Assembly: GCA_051362555.1 (NCBI GenBank)
Contig: CM120643.1
Location: 1-64,000, forward strand
From: Lingula anatina
Taxonomy: Eukaryota > Animalia > Brachiopoda
Length of the DNA: 64,000 bases
Direction of reading: 5' to 3'
Made by a program: the position numbers and the translations under genes. This document shows positions 14,961-27,500 of the stretch, one piece after another. The notes under the pieces are model-generated. The model was not told where the DNA came from. It was given only the letters and a program-made list of their open reading frames with translations, and ran no database searches. Each line of letters begins with the position of its first letter. The first letter of the stretch is position 1.

Positions 14961-17900
14961 TTAAGCACTGAAATCAATGTAAGACTCGGCGATATCTTCA
15001 TCGGCACCAATCTGCGCGTAGATATTTTCTTCTTGGCTCTGATTGGAATACTGCAGTTTTTGGTAATAGTGTTCCGCATTCATCTCAGAACAAGTGGTCT
15101 GATGTGGATGATCACCGCCCTCACGAGGCATGTAGTCGTCGTTTGGTTCTGAGTATATAGCGTCACGCACGCTCACTTCCCTGATGTTTTCTGTGTAACT
15201 AGGGTTGTTGAAAGCCCCCCTCTCCTTGGACTCGGACTGGGCATGTTTTCTGGAATAGAAAAACCGTTTTTAACGCTTATTGACTTATTGGTATTATGTG
15301 GATAAGAAAATAATGCCTTGAGTTTTAATTATCTACTATTACTTGAAACTGGAAATAGATATTGGTATTATGTGGATAAGAAAAAATGTCTTGAGTTTTA
15401 ATTATGGACTATTACTTGTAATTTGATTTGTTTCTTTTTGAAAATTAATTGAATTATTTTTTTGTTTTTAAAAAGTCACATCACGAAAATCCAAGGCTCA
15501 CTTAATTCATGGACTACGTGTTTGATTCTGTTAACTATTATTGTTCTCTTCATCTAACGTCTATATCATAGAGAGATATGCTTGTTGCATAGTATGTGTA
15601 ATGAAACGCTTATGTTATACATAAAGAGTTAATTGTATTAAAAGGTCATCAAACCACCAACACGAGCAGAGGAGTAATACATGTATGAACTAGATTGAAC
15701 TAGTAATACAATTAAATGTTCAAAATAATCTCTTTCTTTCCACATACATGAATCACACAAATACATGTAGCACTTAAACTGGTTCAGTTTCCCTTGAATT
15801 AAAACAATAACCTAGGAATACACAGTACCTTCTTTTGATGACCACTATCACAATGACAAGTATTGTCACAACCATCACCACTGCTGTCACGCCACCCACT
15901 ACAGCACCTAAAGTCCAATACAAATATATTGTTATGATTGTCATCAAGCATCACCACTGCTGTCACGCCACCCACTACAGCACCTAAAGTCCAATACAAA
16001 TATATTGTTATGATTGTCATCAACCACCACCACTGCTGTCACGCCACCCACTACAACACCTTAAGTCCAATACAGATACATTGTTATGATTGTCATCAAC
16101 CACCACCACTGCTGTCACGCCACCCACTACAGCACCTAAAGTCCAATACAAATATATTGTTATGATTGTCATCAACCACCACCACTGCTGTCACGCCACC
16201 CACTACAGCACCTAAAGTCCAATACAAATATATTGTTATGATTGTCATCAACCACCACCACTGCTGTCACGCCACCCACTACAGCACCTAAAGTCCAATA
16301 CAGATTCATTGTTATGATTGTCTTAAGCATGAAGTTGCTAGCGTCACTACAAATCTTCAAATATTTGCAAAGGTAAACACTCCAGAGGCTTTATGTACTG
16401 TGGTTTTTGGTTAATGTGATAGCCCAGTCCCTTTCTGGACGTGTCAGGCATGTCCATTGACGAGCGGTATGAAACTTGAACAATCTCCCAATTATAATTA
16501 AACACTTACGGAGACTTACAGAAGAACTGCATGCACTATAAATTAAACGTATCTACCTGTTGGAAGTGCCTGGCGGCTGCTCGGGTTGGACATATTGTCC
16601 GCATTACCTACAACCAAAACGAATGTAAACGTGTAATAAGGGGTACCGGAGGAGATCAACATTGGTCAGAATAAAGGGTACCGAAGAAGATCAGCATTGG
16701 TCAGAATTGTGCCGGAAGTGACGTGTAGTGGTGTAAGACGTAAAGCTGAGTGGTCATTTTTAGCTGGAGGTGAACGGGAGAGAAGACATGAACTCGGAGA
16801 AAAAAGCAGTTTTTCAAACAACATGGTAAGATGACATTTCTTCTTTACGCATTTTGGGCAGAGAATACTTGTAGAAATAATAGGCACATGATATGAAAAC
16901 GTGACACGGAACTTGAAGGTGCAAAATCGTGGTTAATTTGCAGACAACTTGTTTTGAAATACATGCTGCATCGACCGCCAGCGCGACAAAGAGCGTAAAG
17001 GGAAAGGAATTCCCGGGAGGCTATAAATCATTGTCATTTAGAATTTCGACATTTATATAATCTGATATGTCCATATCTAAGTATTTTTTGGGTGTTTTAT
17101 GGTATGTGCTGCAATTATAATGATGTTTTAGGGTCTTTGAAGGGCCTTGTGAAAACCAGGAAGTAGTTCGTAACTGACAACTGAGTCGTAGTGATCCACA
17201 ACTACTGTGCAAAGATGTATCTATTTTTAAATATTTTGACAAATTTTTTATCTTTATATGTCCATCTGACATGAAATTCCACACATATGATCACATTAAT
17301 ACACCTTTTGCACAGGGGTAGCCACAAATCAGTGACAAATGCCAAGACAAAGGTGACATTCTGACAGCCTATTATCAGGTAACATATTATATAAATGTCA
17401 AAATTCCACATGACAACGATTTATAGCCTCCCGGGAATTCCTTTCCCTTTACAATCTTTGTCTGGCGGTCGATGCAGCATATATTTCACAACAAGCTGTC
17501 TGCAAAATTAAGCACGATTTTGCACATTCAAGTCCCGTGTCACGTTTTCATATCATGTGCCTATTATTTCTACAAGTATTCTCTGCCCAAAATGCGTAAA
17601 GAAGAGATGTTATCTTACCATGTTGTTTGAAAAACTGCTTTTTTCTCCGAGTCCACGTCTTCTCTCCCGTTCACCTCCGGCTAAAAATGACCACTCAGCT
17701 TCGCGTCTTATACCACTTGACGTCACACTTAAGGCCCAATTCTGACCAATGCTGATCTCCTCCGGTACCAAAACAAAATGGAAAGCCTCAACTGAGGGCT
17801 TCGGCTTTGGAAGCATATTGGTTGAGCGGTGCGTGGAAATGATTGCCTCAGTGATCAAAATGCATAGTTAATGACTGCAAATGCACAGATATTATCAAGT

Positions 17901-18498
17901 TATTGACTTGTTGATCCAGGAAGATGATGTACCCCTTAAAATTGAAATATATTTGATAAAGATAATCTAAAAGTTCAACTAGTGAAAAGTCAGAGTGTTT
18001 TGTATGCTTACCCGTTCCTGCGTTAGATGTAGTAGATTCTGAACGAACAGTTGTAATTGATGCTGACCTAGAACTAGTTGTTGCTGGAAAACTAGAAGTT
18101 GTGATTGAAGCTGAAATAACAGTTGTACTCTTTATTGACCTGGTTTGAATAGTAGCTGCTATTGTTCGTGGTGTTATAATTGTCACTGGTATTGTTGTCG
18201 TTCTTGCTGATCCTGATCCGGATGACCAGCCCGAACCTGATCCTGATCCGGATGACGAGCCCGAACCTGATCCTGAACCTGATGACGAGCCCGAACCTGA
18301 ATCGCTCGAGCTCCCTGCAATACATTTTTTCATCAACAAATGTCAAACACATCTAAACTGCAAAAAATTACTGCTTTCGATTTAAGTAACATGATATTAA
18401 TGATATTCGTTTTAATGCAAGCTCATACTATATTAGTTGCTGTGGGTCGTGCGGCACTTGCAGGAAGCATTTTATCTTAAAAAAAAAAATTAAAAAAA

Positions 18499-18533
<35 letters not shown>

Positions 18534-21500
18534 TATCCGATAAACCTTCGGTTGGTTAATCCATTTTAACTCCGTGAATTACTTCAAATAGTCGTTACAG
18601 TGCAATGTGCAATTAACAGTACACGCACCTTCTGGGAACTGACAGACGAGGCCAACTGCCCTGCCGCTGCAGTTTACATCCTTCCAGTAGAAGCAGGGAT
18701 CCGAAGTGGTTTCTCCATAACAATGATCAGTGAAATGAAGCTGCAAGCAGCCAGTTGGAGCTGAGCTGGGAAAGGGGTACATTTCCTCGGAACGTGGGTC
18801 ATATCTAAAACCCCAGTTACTGAACATAATTGGATCACCTGTAGTAAGAGATTGTAGGCAGCAAATGAACAGCACAGAAAAACGTGACAGTAGACGAGAC
18901 CTAAGCAAACATATCGTGGCGAACAGTACGTCCTTTGTGAGGCATGACGATGGATACTTTATACATGATATCCTGTGTGAGTTAGGACGGGTACGTTATA
19001 TATGATATCCTGTGTGAGTTAGGAGGACGGTTACGTTATATATGATATTCTGTGTGAGTTAGGAGGACGGGTACGTTATATATGATATTCTGTGTGAGTT
19101 AGGAGGACGGGTACGTTATATATGATATTCTGTGTGAGTTAGGAGGACGGATACGTTATATATGATATCCTGTGTGAGTTAGGAGCATGGATACGTTATA
19201 TATGATATCCTGTGTGAGTTAGGAGGACGGATACATTATATATTATATCCTGTGAGTTAGGAGGACGGATACGTTATATATGATATCCTGTGTGAGTTAG
19301 GAGGACGGGTACGTTATATATGATATCCTGTGTGAGTTAGGAGGACGGGTACGTTATATATGATATCCTGTGTGAGTTAGGAGGACGGGTACGTTATATA
19401 TGATATCCTGTGTGAGATAGGAGGACGGATACGTTATATATGATATCCTGTGTGAGTTAGGAGGACGGATACGTTATATCATATCCTGTGTGAGTTAGGA
19501 GGACGGATACGTTATATATGATATCCTGTGTGAGTTAGGAGGACGGATACGTTATATCATATCCTGTGTGAGTTAGGAGGACGGATACGTTATATCATAT
19601 CCTGTGTGAGTTAGGAGGACGGATAGGTTATATATCATATCCTGTGTGAGTTAGGAGGACGGATATGTTATATCATATCATGTGTGAGTTAGGAGGACGG
19701 ATACGTTATATCATATCCTGTGTGAGTTAGGAGGACGGATACGTTATATATATCATATCCTGTGTGAGTTAGGAGGACGGATACGTTATATCATATCCTG
19801 TGTGAGTTAGGAGGACGGATACGTTATATATGATATCCTGTGTGAGTTAGGAGGACGGATACGTTATATCATATCCTGTGTGAGTTAGGAGGACGGATAC
19901 GTTATATCATATCCTGTGTGAGTTAGGAGGACGGGTACTGTGAGTTAGGAGGACGGGTACGTTATATAATAATAATAATATAATAATAATAATATTTATT
20001 TATAGTCTAAAATCCAAAATGTGTTCAGTAGACTTTGCAAAAATTATAAAATTCAAATTAAAAGAAAAATATTGCTTATGGTTATAAGATGAAAAAAAAA
20101 AGGAAAATGATTATCTAAAACTATGACTAAGAACAGTTTTTTTTAAGAAGTGTTTTTTCAAGAATTTAAAGATAATATTGTTTAAAAAGGTGGGTTTTTA
20201 GTTCCTTTTTAAAATGTCCAGGGTCCACAATTTGTCTAAGACTGATGGGTAAAATATTCCATTCTTTTGGTGCTGCAAATTTAAAAGCTTTATCACCGTA
20301 TGATACTAATCTTGCCTTGTAAGCCTTAAGAAGAAGGTGATCACCTGATCTGAGATTTCTTGATGGCACGTAGTGTAAAACAAGCTCATTTAAATAAGAA
20401 GGTGCAAGTTTATAAAATGCTGCATGTACAAATGTTAAAAGTTTAAATAAAATGCGTGCTCGTACAGGGAGCCAGTGCAACATCATTAAAACAGGAGTAA
20501 TGTGGTTGTCTTTTGGAGTGCGGGTCAGTAGGCGAGCAGATATATTCTGTACACGCTGTAGCCGTTTGATTTGTTCCTCTGAAGATCCATAAAGAAGGGA
20601 GTTGCAGAAATCAAGTCTTGATGTAACCAGGGCATGTATAACTGTTGCTGTAGTAGAGTCGGTTAAATGTTTTCGTAAAGAACCAACGTTTCTAATATTG
20701 AACATACATGTTTTAGATACGTTAGAAATTTGCCTGTTCATGGACAATGTACTGTCAAAATAAACTCCCAGATTTTTGGCATGAGATGAGACTTGTACCA
20801 TGCTGGCACCTATTGACATGCTAAGACTACGGGCAATGTTCTTATTGTGTGGTTGAGATATTACTAGGAATTCAGTTTTCTCGTCGTTGATCTTGAGTTT
20901 GTTTCTGATCATCCACCCCCTTATATCAGAAATACAGTTGGCTATTTTAGTAATTGATGAATCAGGGTTTCTAATATTGCAGGATGTGTAAAGCTGAGTG
21001 TCATCAGCATAAATATGATAACCAATCTCATGAAAACGAAGGATTGCACCAAGCGGTAAAGTATAAATATAAAATATGAGTGGTCCTAACACACTGCCTT
21101 GTGGAACACCAAAGACAAGTTGAGCTAATTCAGAGAGAAATCCGTCCACGCATACTTGTTGTGATCTGCCTGTGAGGTAAGAACGGAAAAGATTTAGTGC
21201 TGTATCTTTTATCCCGACAGTTTCTTCCAAAAATGACAGCAGTACCTGATGATCAACAGTGTCAAATGCGGCCGATAGGTCCAAGAGAACAAGTAACACA
21301 GCGGAGTGACTGTCCACCGCACATAGCAAATCATTTTTAATTCTAAGGAGTGCTGACTCGGTGCTATGATTCACCTTGCATGCCGACTGCATTTTCTCAA
21401 CCAAGTTATTTGCATCTAAGTGGTTGAACAATCTTGTGGCGATCACACACTCTACCACTTTAGACAGAAATGAGAAGTTAGATACAGGTCGATAATTTTG

Positions 21501-24500
21501 CAAGAGTTCTGCATTTAGGTTAGGCTTTTTCAGTAGTGGACGGATAATTGCAGACTTAAACAATTCAGGAAAATTCCCGGTTTTAAAGCAAATGTTTACA
21601 ATGTGAGTTATGAGACCAATGATTGCAGGGAGAATCTGGGAGAGCAGTGTTGTCGGCATAGGGTCAAGGAGGCATGATGTCTTCTTAGATCTAGAAATGA
21701 TTTTTGTCACCTCGTCTTCCGTTGCTTCCTCAAAGGCAGTAAGTAAGAGTGAAGGCTTCGGGAGAAGATTAGAGATCGGGGGATGTAATGGTGTTGCAAC
21801 TGTCTGTTCTAATGATTCAAGTTCGCCATATATTTTACTGATTTTTGCGATGTAGAAAGATCCCATGCTGTCAGCTAGGTCTTTCAAAGCCGTTGAGGGT
21901 GGGTGCGCTACGCGTTTGTTCTTACCCATAAGACTATTAACAGTTGTAAACAATGCTTTTTGGTCACCGTCACACGCGTCTATCATCTCTGAATAATAAG
22001 TTTCCTTAGCTGTTTTGGTAAGTTGGTTAACACGGTGACATTCCTCCTTGTGGCGCTGGTGGTGAATGGTTAATTTGCTTCTTCGCCACAGATTTTCTGC
22101 CTGTCTGCGATCCCTCTTTGCAGCAAGAATATCATCATTAATCCATGGTTGAAGGTCTCTCTGAACCATTGCTTTTGCTTTCAAAGGTGCCAACTGGTCC
22201 AATGACTGGGACAAAATTTGGTCGTAGTACATGACACATTCATTCTGATCACAGTTCAAAAGGTTCAATTCCTTAATTTTGGTAGACACTAAGTTATGGA
22301 GTTCGCTGATGTCAATGTCTTTTATTTTTCTGTATGACACTTTGTCTTTTTTCGGGTGGGGTTTGCCACATTGAAGATCAGCTTGAATGATGTGATGATC
22401 AGAAATTAGATGGCTCACTACACAGTTATTAACTAGGGCATCATCCTCCCTAGATAGGACTAAATCTAAGGTGTGGCCACGCACATGCGTGGGACCTGTG
22501 ACATGCTGGACTAATCCAAATGAGGTTAAAAGAGCTGTGAATTGCTTAGTTTCAGTGTTTTCGGCCTTTTCCCAATGTAAATTCATATCCCCAGCGATTA
22601 ACAATTTTCCCTTCAGTGGCCCCAGATATTCAAGAAGCTCACTAAATTCAGTTAAAAAGGAAGATTTGCGTATTCTGTTTGCCTTTGAAGGTGGTATTCT
22701 GTATATGATAAGGATGCGAAGTGTCTCTGAAATAGCTCTCGCCAATACTTCAATATATTCAAATGAGCTGGTTTCTACTACTTTAGGGAGCTGTTTTATT
22801 GCGAAAACATTCTTTGCCATGAGTGCCACACCCCCTCCTCGTCGATCAGTCCGTGGTATTTGGATACACTGATAACCCGTTGGAATCAAACTTGCTTCTA
22901 CTGACTGTTGAATGTCTGGAGATATCCATGTTTCGACCATGCAAACAATGTCAGTGTTATTTTCGTTGATGTAATCCCGTATAATAGCTTCCTTATTGCG
23001 CACTGATCGGCAGTTCATGAGTGCTAGCTTTACTAATGGTACAACGTTTTTGTCAAGCAAAGGCACATTTATTAAGTTTTTAGATTGTGCTCCTGTTTGG
23101 CTGTGAGTAAGACCAGTTTTTGGTATTATCTGAGATTCCTTGTTGGGTGAGTAAATTACTTTAATAGGCTTCCTACGACTGGTTCCACCTCGTTGGCCTC
23201 TAATTTTTCTGTTGATGTTCAGGTCTGTAATTAGTGTCCAGAGATGTTCAGGTAGGATATATTTCCTCTGGGCATGGATACAAAGTAGGTGATCCCTTCC
23301 ATATTTGTGCTTGATGGTATCATTAATTCTGCTTTCCCCAAGGCACATTGTCACAGGCAAGTCAGGAATGAGCAGTGTTGAGCAAATATACAGCATAAAA
23401 GTTCTCAGCATCAGAAATTGCAGCATATGTCTGACTATGTGAGGTTCAGTAGATATAAAATGTCACAAAATGTTCATCAAATCCTTGACAAGTTGAAGGC
23501 AGGCTGATACACAACAGTCCTGGAAACTTTAGAAAGCTTCAGTCCACAAAAACTAAAACATAAGCTTATTTCACACAGAGAAATTGCTGAAAAATCTAAG
23601 AGCCACAAACAGCCAGGTCAGCACAGTAAAGTGGCGCCCTCATTCATATCCTGTGTGAGTTAGGAGGACGGATACGTTATATATCATATCCTGTGTGAGT
23701 TAGGAGGACGGATACGTTATATATGATATACTGTGTGAGTTAGGAGGACGGATACGTTATATATCATATCCTGTGTGAGTTAGGAGGACGGATACGTTAT
23801 ATATCATATCCTGTGTGAGTTAGGAGGATGGATACGTTATATATGATATCCTGTGTGAGTTAGGAAGACGGATACGTTATATATCATATCCTGTGTGAGT
23901 TAGGAGGACGGGTACGTTATATATGATATCCTGTGTGAGTTAGGAGAACAGATACGTTATATATCATGTCCTGTGCGAGTTAGGAGGACGGATACGTTTT
24001 ATATGATATCCTGTGAGTTAGGAGAACGGATACGTTATATATCATGTCCTGTGCGAGTTAGGAGGACGGATACGTTTTATATGATATCCTGTGAGTTAGG
24101 AGAACGGATACCTTATATATCATATCCTGTGTGAGTTAGGAGGACGGATACGTTATATATCCTGTGTGAGGTATGATCGAGTGTGGATACCTTATATATC
24201 ATATCCTGTGTGAGTTAGGAGGACGGGTACGTTTTATATGATATCCTGTGTGAGTTAGGAGGATGGATACGTTATATATGATATTCTGTGTGAGTTAGAA
24301 GGACGGATACGTTATATATGATAACCTGTGTGAGTTAGGAGGACGGATACGTGTTATATATTATATCCTGTGTAATCGACTAGGAGTGTTTCACAAAGAA
24401 TCTAACGTCTTAGCTTGGCGTACTTACCGTAGTCGACGCGCACGAGAAACTTTTCAAGAAAAGGAGGTGTAAAATTTCTAAAGTTTCACAGGACATGACG

Positions 24501-27500
24501 TTTCATGGCCTCCTTTGGCCGAGAACGATCATTTATCAATAACAAAGATCAGTCAAAACGTAAACAAAGTTTGTTTTTGAACTTTATTGATAAGTTTAAC
24601 TTCAATGCATCTTCAAAGCAACAGTAAAATATAAGCTTGTCTTGTCGCACATCTAGCGGTCAAAAACATAAACAAACCCGCGATCGGCTGGGTGAAGGTG
24701 TATTTCATTTTTTTTTAATATTAAATAAATGTCAGTGCTATTCAAGGACATTATAACACAATATCTTGAAGGAGGTATGTTCTTTCCAAATTTTTGATGT
24801 TTATGCTCTCATTTACCGAGTTTTAGTTGAGCTCGCCGACTTAAGTCTCCTCCCGAGGAGGCTGGACATCATCGATTAGCAGCTAAGAAAAAAAACGACG
24901 TAAGCGACCTTTTAGATTCTTTGTGAAACGACTTAATTACGTAGGTAACCAAGCTCTTAGTCAGGGAAACCGACTTAAGTTTTTTTGTGAAACTGGGGCC
25001 TGTGTGAGTTAGGAGGACGGATACGTTATATATCATATCCTGTGTTACATGTAGGTATGATCGAGTGTGGATACCTTATATATCATATCCTGTGCGAGTT
25101 AGGAGGACGGATACCTTATATATCATATCCTGTGTGAGTTAGGAGGACGGATACGTTATATATCATATCCTGTGTGAGTTAGGAGGACGGATACGTTATA
25201 TATCCTGTGTGAGGTATGATCGAGTGTGGATACCTTATATATCATATCCTGTGTGAGTTAGGAGGACGGATACCTTATATATCATATCCTGTGTGAGTTA
25301 GGAGGACGGATACCTTATATATCATATCCAGTGTGAGTTAGGAGGACGAGTACGTTATATATCATATCCTGTGCGAGTTAGGAGGACGGATACGTTATAT
25401 ATCCTGTGTGAGGTATGATCGAGAGAGGATACCTTATAAATTCCGAGGAAGTAATTAAACTATACTAAAAGGGGGCACATAATAGATTTCATATGTAAGA
25501 TAACAACAAAGTACAAGTGAAAGTGTCTTCTCACCATGAGCTGACCAAGTCCAGTTTGTTCTCGTGGCTCCAATCCAGAAGTCCTCCAATCCATCCTGTT
25601 CCAGTCTCTTGGCCATTCGTATAATATTACTATGGACAGCATTGTTGTGGACAGTGGCCAGGTCACCTTGAAGGTCCAGGTGACACTCTCTTCGCGCCTC
25701 GTACCACGTCTGAGAGCTGGTGTTCAGGTGATAACAGACGCCCTCTGTAAAAAATTCGTTGGGTGCTTGGCACTCGTGCTCGTCAACTGAGGGAGAAAAG
25801 ACGTTCCTGGTTAAGTATCGTAATGTTCCGTACAATTAAAATTAAATTGAATTCTATTACCGTACAATTTTTATAGAACAGAATGGAGTGTTATTCAATT
25901 TGCTAAGTACACGGGATCAGGGAGGTCTATATTCTTTATAAAATGATTGAAAAATGGTATGGAATGGCAGTTATCTAGGAACCGTAGTCCGTTCCCCATT
26001 ACTTTGTACAGGTGACATTCGTCCCATATACTAACCCCAATGTTCCAACTAATTCTAACCTGTACTTAGCATATGGGAGCCCGGTCGTTCAGGACTACGA
26101 CTACATGTACCATTCCTGTCAGACCTGGCATGAGCACTTTCAGATATATAGCTAACATGTACTGATGCCCAAGACATTTACCTCTTTGAAAAAGCTCCCT
26201 CTGCACATTGTTTCACATGACCTATTTAAATTGTACAACATTGCCCTGTCTTAAATGTGAACAAGTACAAAAGCACTCACCAAAGCGCAGGCAGACAAAC
26301 CACAAATAGTCCGTACACTCCCGGCTCGTCCACTGGTACTGTAGGTCCGCCTGCATAGCCACACATGCCTGTCTGGTCGTCCACCGAGACTGTGACGGTG
26401 CCCATCTAGACCAGCCTGCAGGGGAGAAATCATCTTGACAAATATCATCTTATATATTTTTAATGTATTTTTGGATTACCCAAGCCAACTTGAGCATTAT
26501 AACAGATCACAATGAGGTAAATTTCACTATAGATCTTAAACTTTGATCCGATTATCTGAAGCGCGCGGTGAGAAACACTAAGGGAATTGTCCTTGCCTAA
26601 GCGTTGACTGGTTCAGAACTAACCTAAGCCACGGCTATCCCAGTGTTGACTAGCCCAGGACTTACTTAAGCCATGGCTCTCCCAGTGTTGACTGGCCCAA
26701 TACTAACATAAGCCATGGCTATCCCAGTGTTGACTGACCCAATAATAACCTAAGCCATGGCTATCCCAGTGTTGACTGGCCCAATACAAACATAAGCCAC
26801 GGCTATCCAAGTGTTGACTGACCCAATACTAACCTAAGCCACGGCTATCCCAGTGTTGACTGACCCAGTACTAACCTAAGCCATGGCTATCCCAGTGTTG
26901 ACTGGCCCAGTACCAGGAAGTTGACATGTTCTGTGTTCCTCCTAGCCATACACTGTAACTATGAAGCCATGGTGCCAAGTCCTGGTGTGTTTGTTGTAGT
27001 AGCCCCTCTAATGTCCATTCTGTTTCCCAGTCCTCCACGCTGGCTAAGTGGCCGCCCAGTCTCCGACAAGTCTTCCTGGCATCAAACCATGTAGAGTTTG
27101 GGTAGACGATGACCTGGTAGCACATGCCATTGTGACACTTGGAGGCGCCTGTTAACAACATATTTTGGCTTAATTAAAAAAAATTAAAAAATGTTAAACA
27201 TTTAAAGATGTAACAGGTGCCAAATAAAAATCTTGCAACAGTGATGTCAGGGATCAGGGACAGTGATGTCAGGCCTAAGGAACAGTGATGTCAGGGATCA
27301 GGGACAGTGATGTCAGGGATCAGGCACAGTGATGTCAGTGATCAGGCACAGTGATGTCAGGGATCAGGGACAGTCATGTCAGAGATCAGGGACAGTGATG
27401 TCAGAGATCAGGGACAGTGATGTCAGGGATCAGGGACAGTCATGTCAGGGATCAGGGACAGTGATGTCAGGGATCAGGGACAGTGGTGTCAGAGATCAGT

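Larger units (their letters stand above)
18955..25437. repeat. 40-bp minisatellite (gatacgttatatatcatatcctgtgtgagttaggaggacg) interrupted by a LINE and a MITE
   Basis: Tandem units at 18955-19967, 23644-24372 and 24999-25437, within lectin intron 4. Confidence 0.95.

Noticed and set aside
15287-15420. ~74-bp tandem duplication near the last lectin acceptor
   Set aside because: Two copies only and it does not include the AG, so it was not counted as a junction array.
16666-17745. Duplicated small genes MPIISTSILCPKCVKK
   Set aside because: Mirror translations of the foldback element's inverted arms.
21610-22872. Plus-strand ORFs inside the LINE, and antisense ORFs inside the P450
   Set aside because: Shadows of the coding strand with no independent motifs.
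19967-23643. Telomere-maintaining retrotransposon (TRAS/SART/HeT-A-like)
   Set aside because: It lies ~11 kb inside, is inserted in an intronic minisatellite rather than TTAGGG, and has L2/CR1 motifs.
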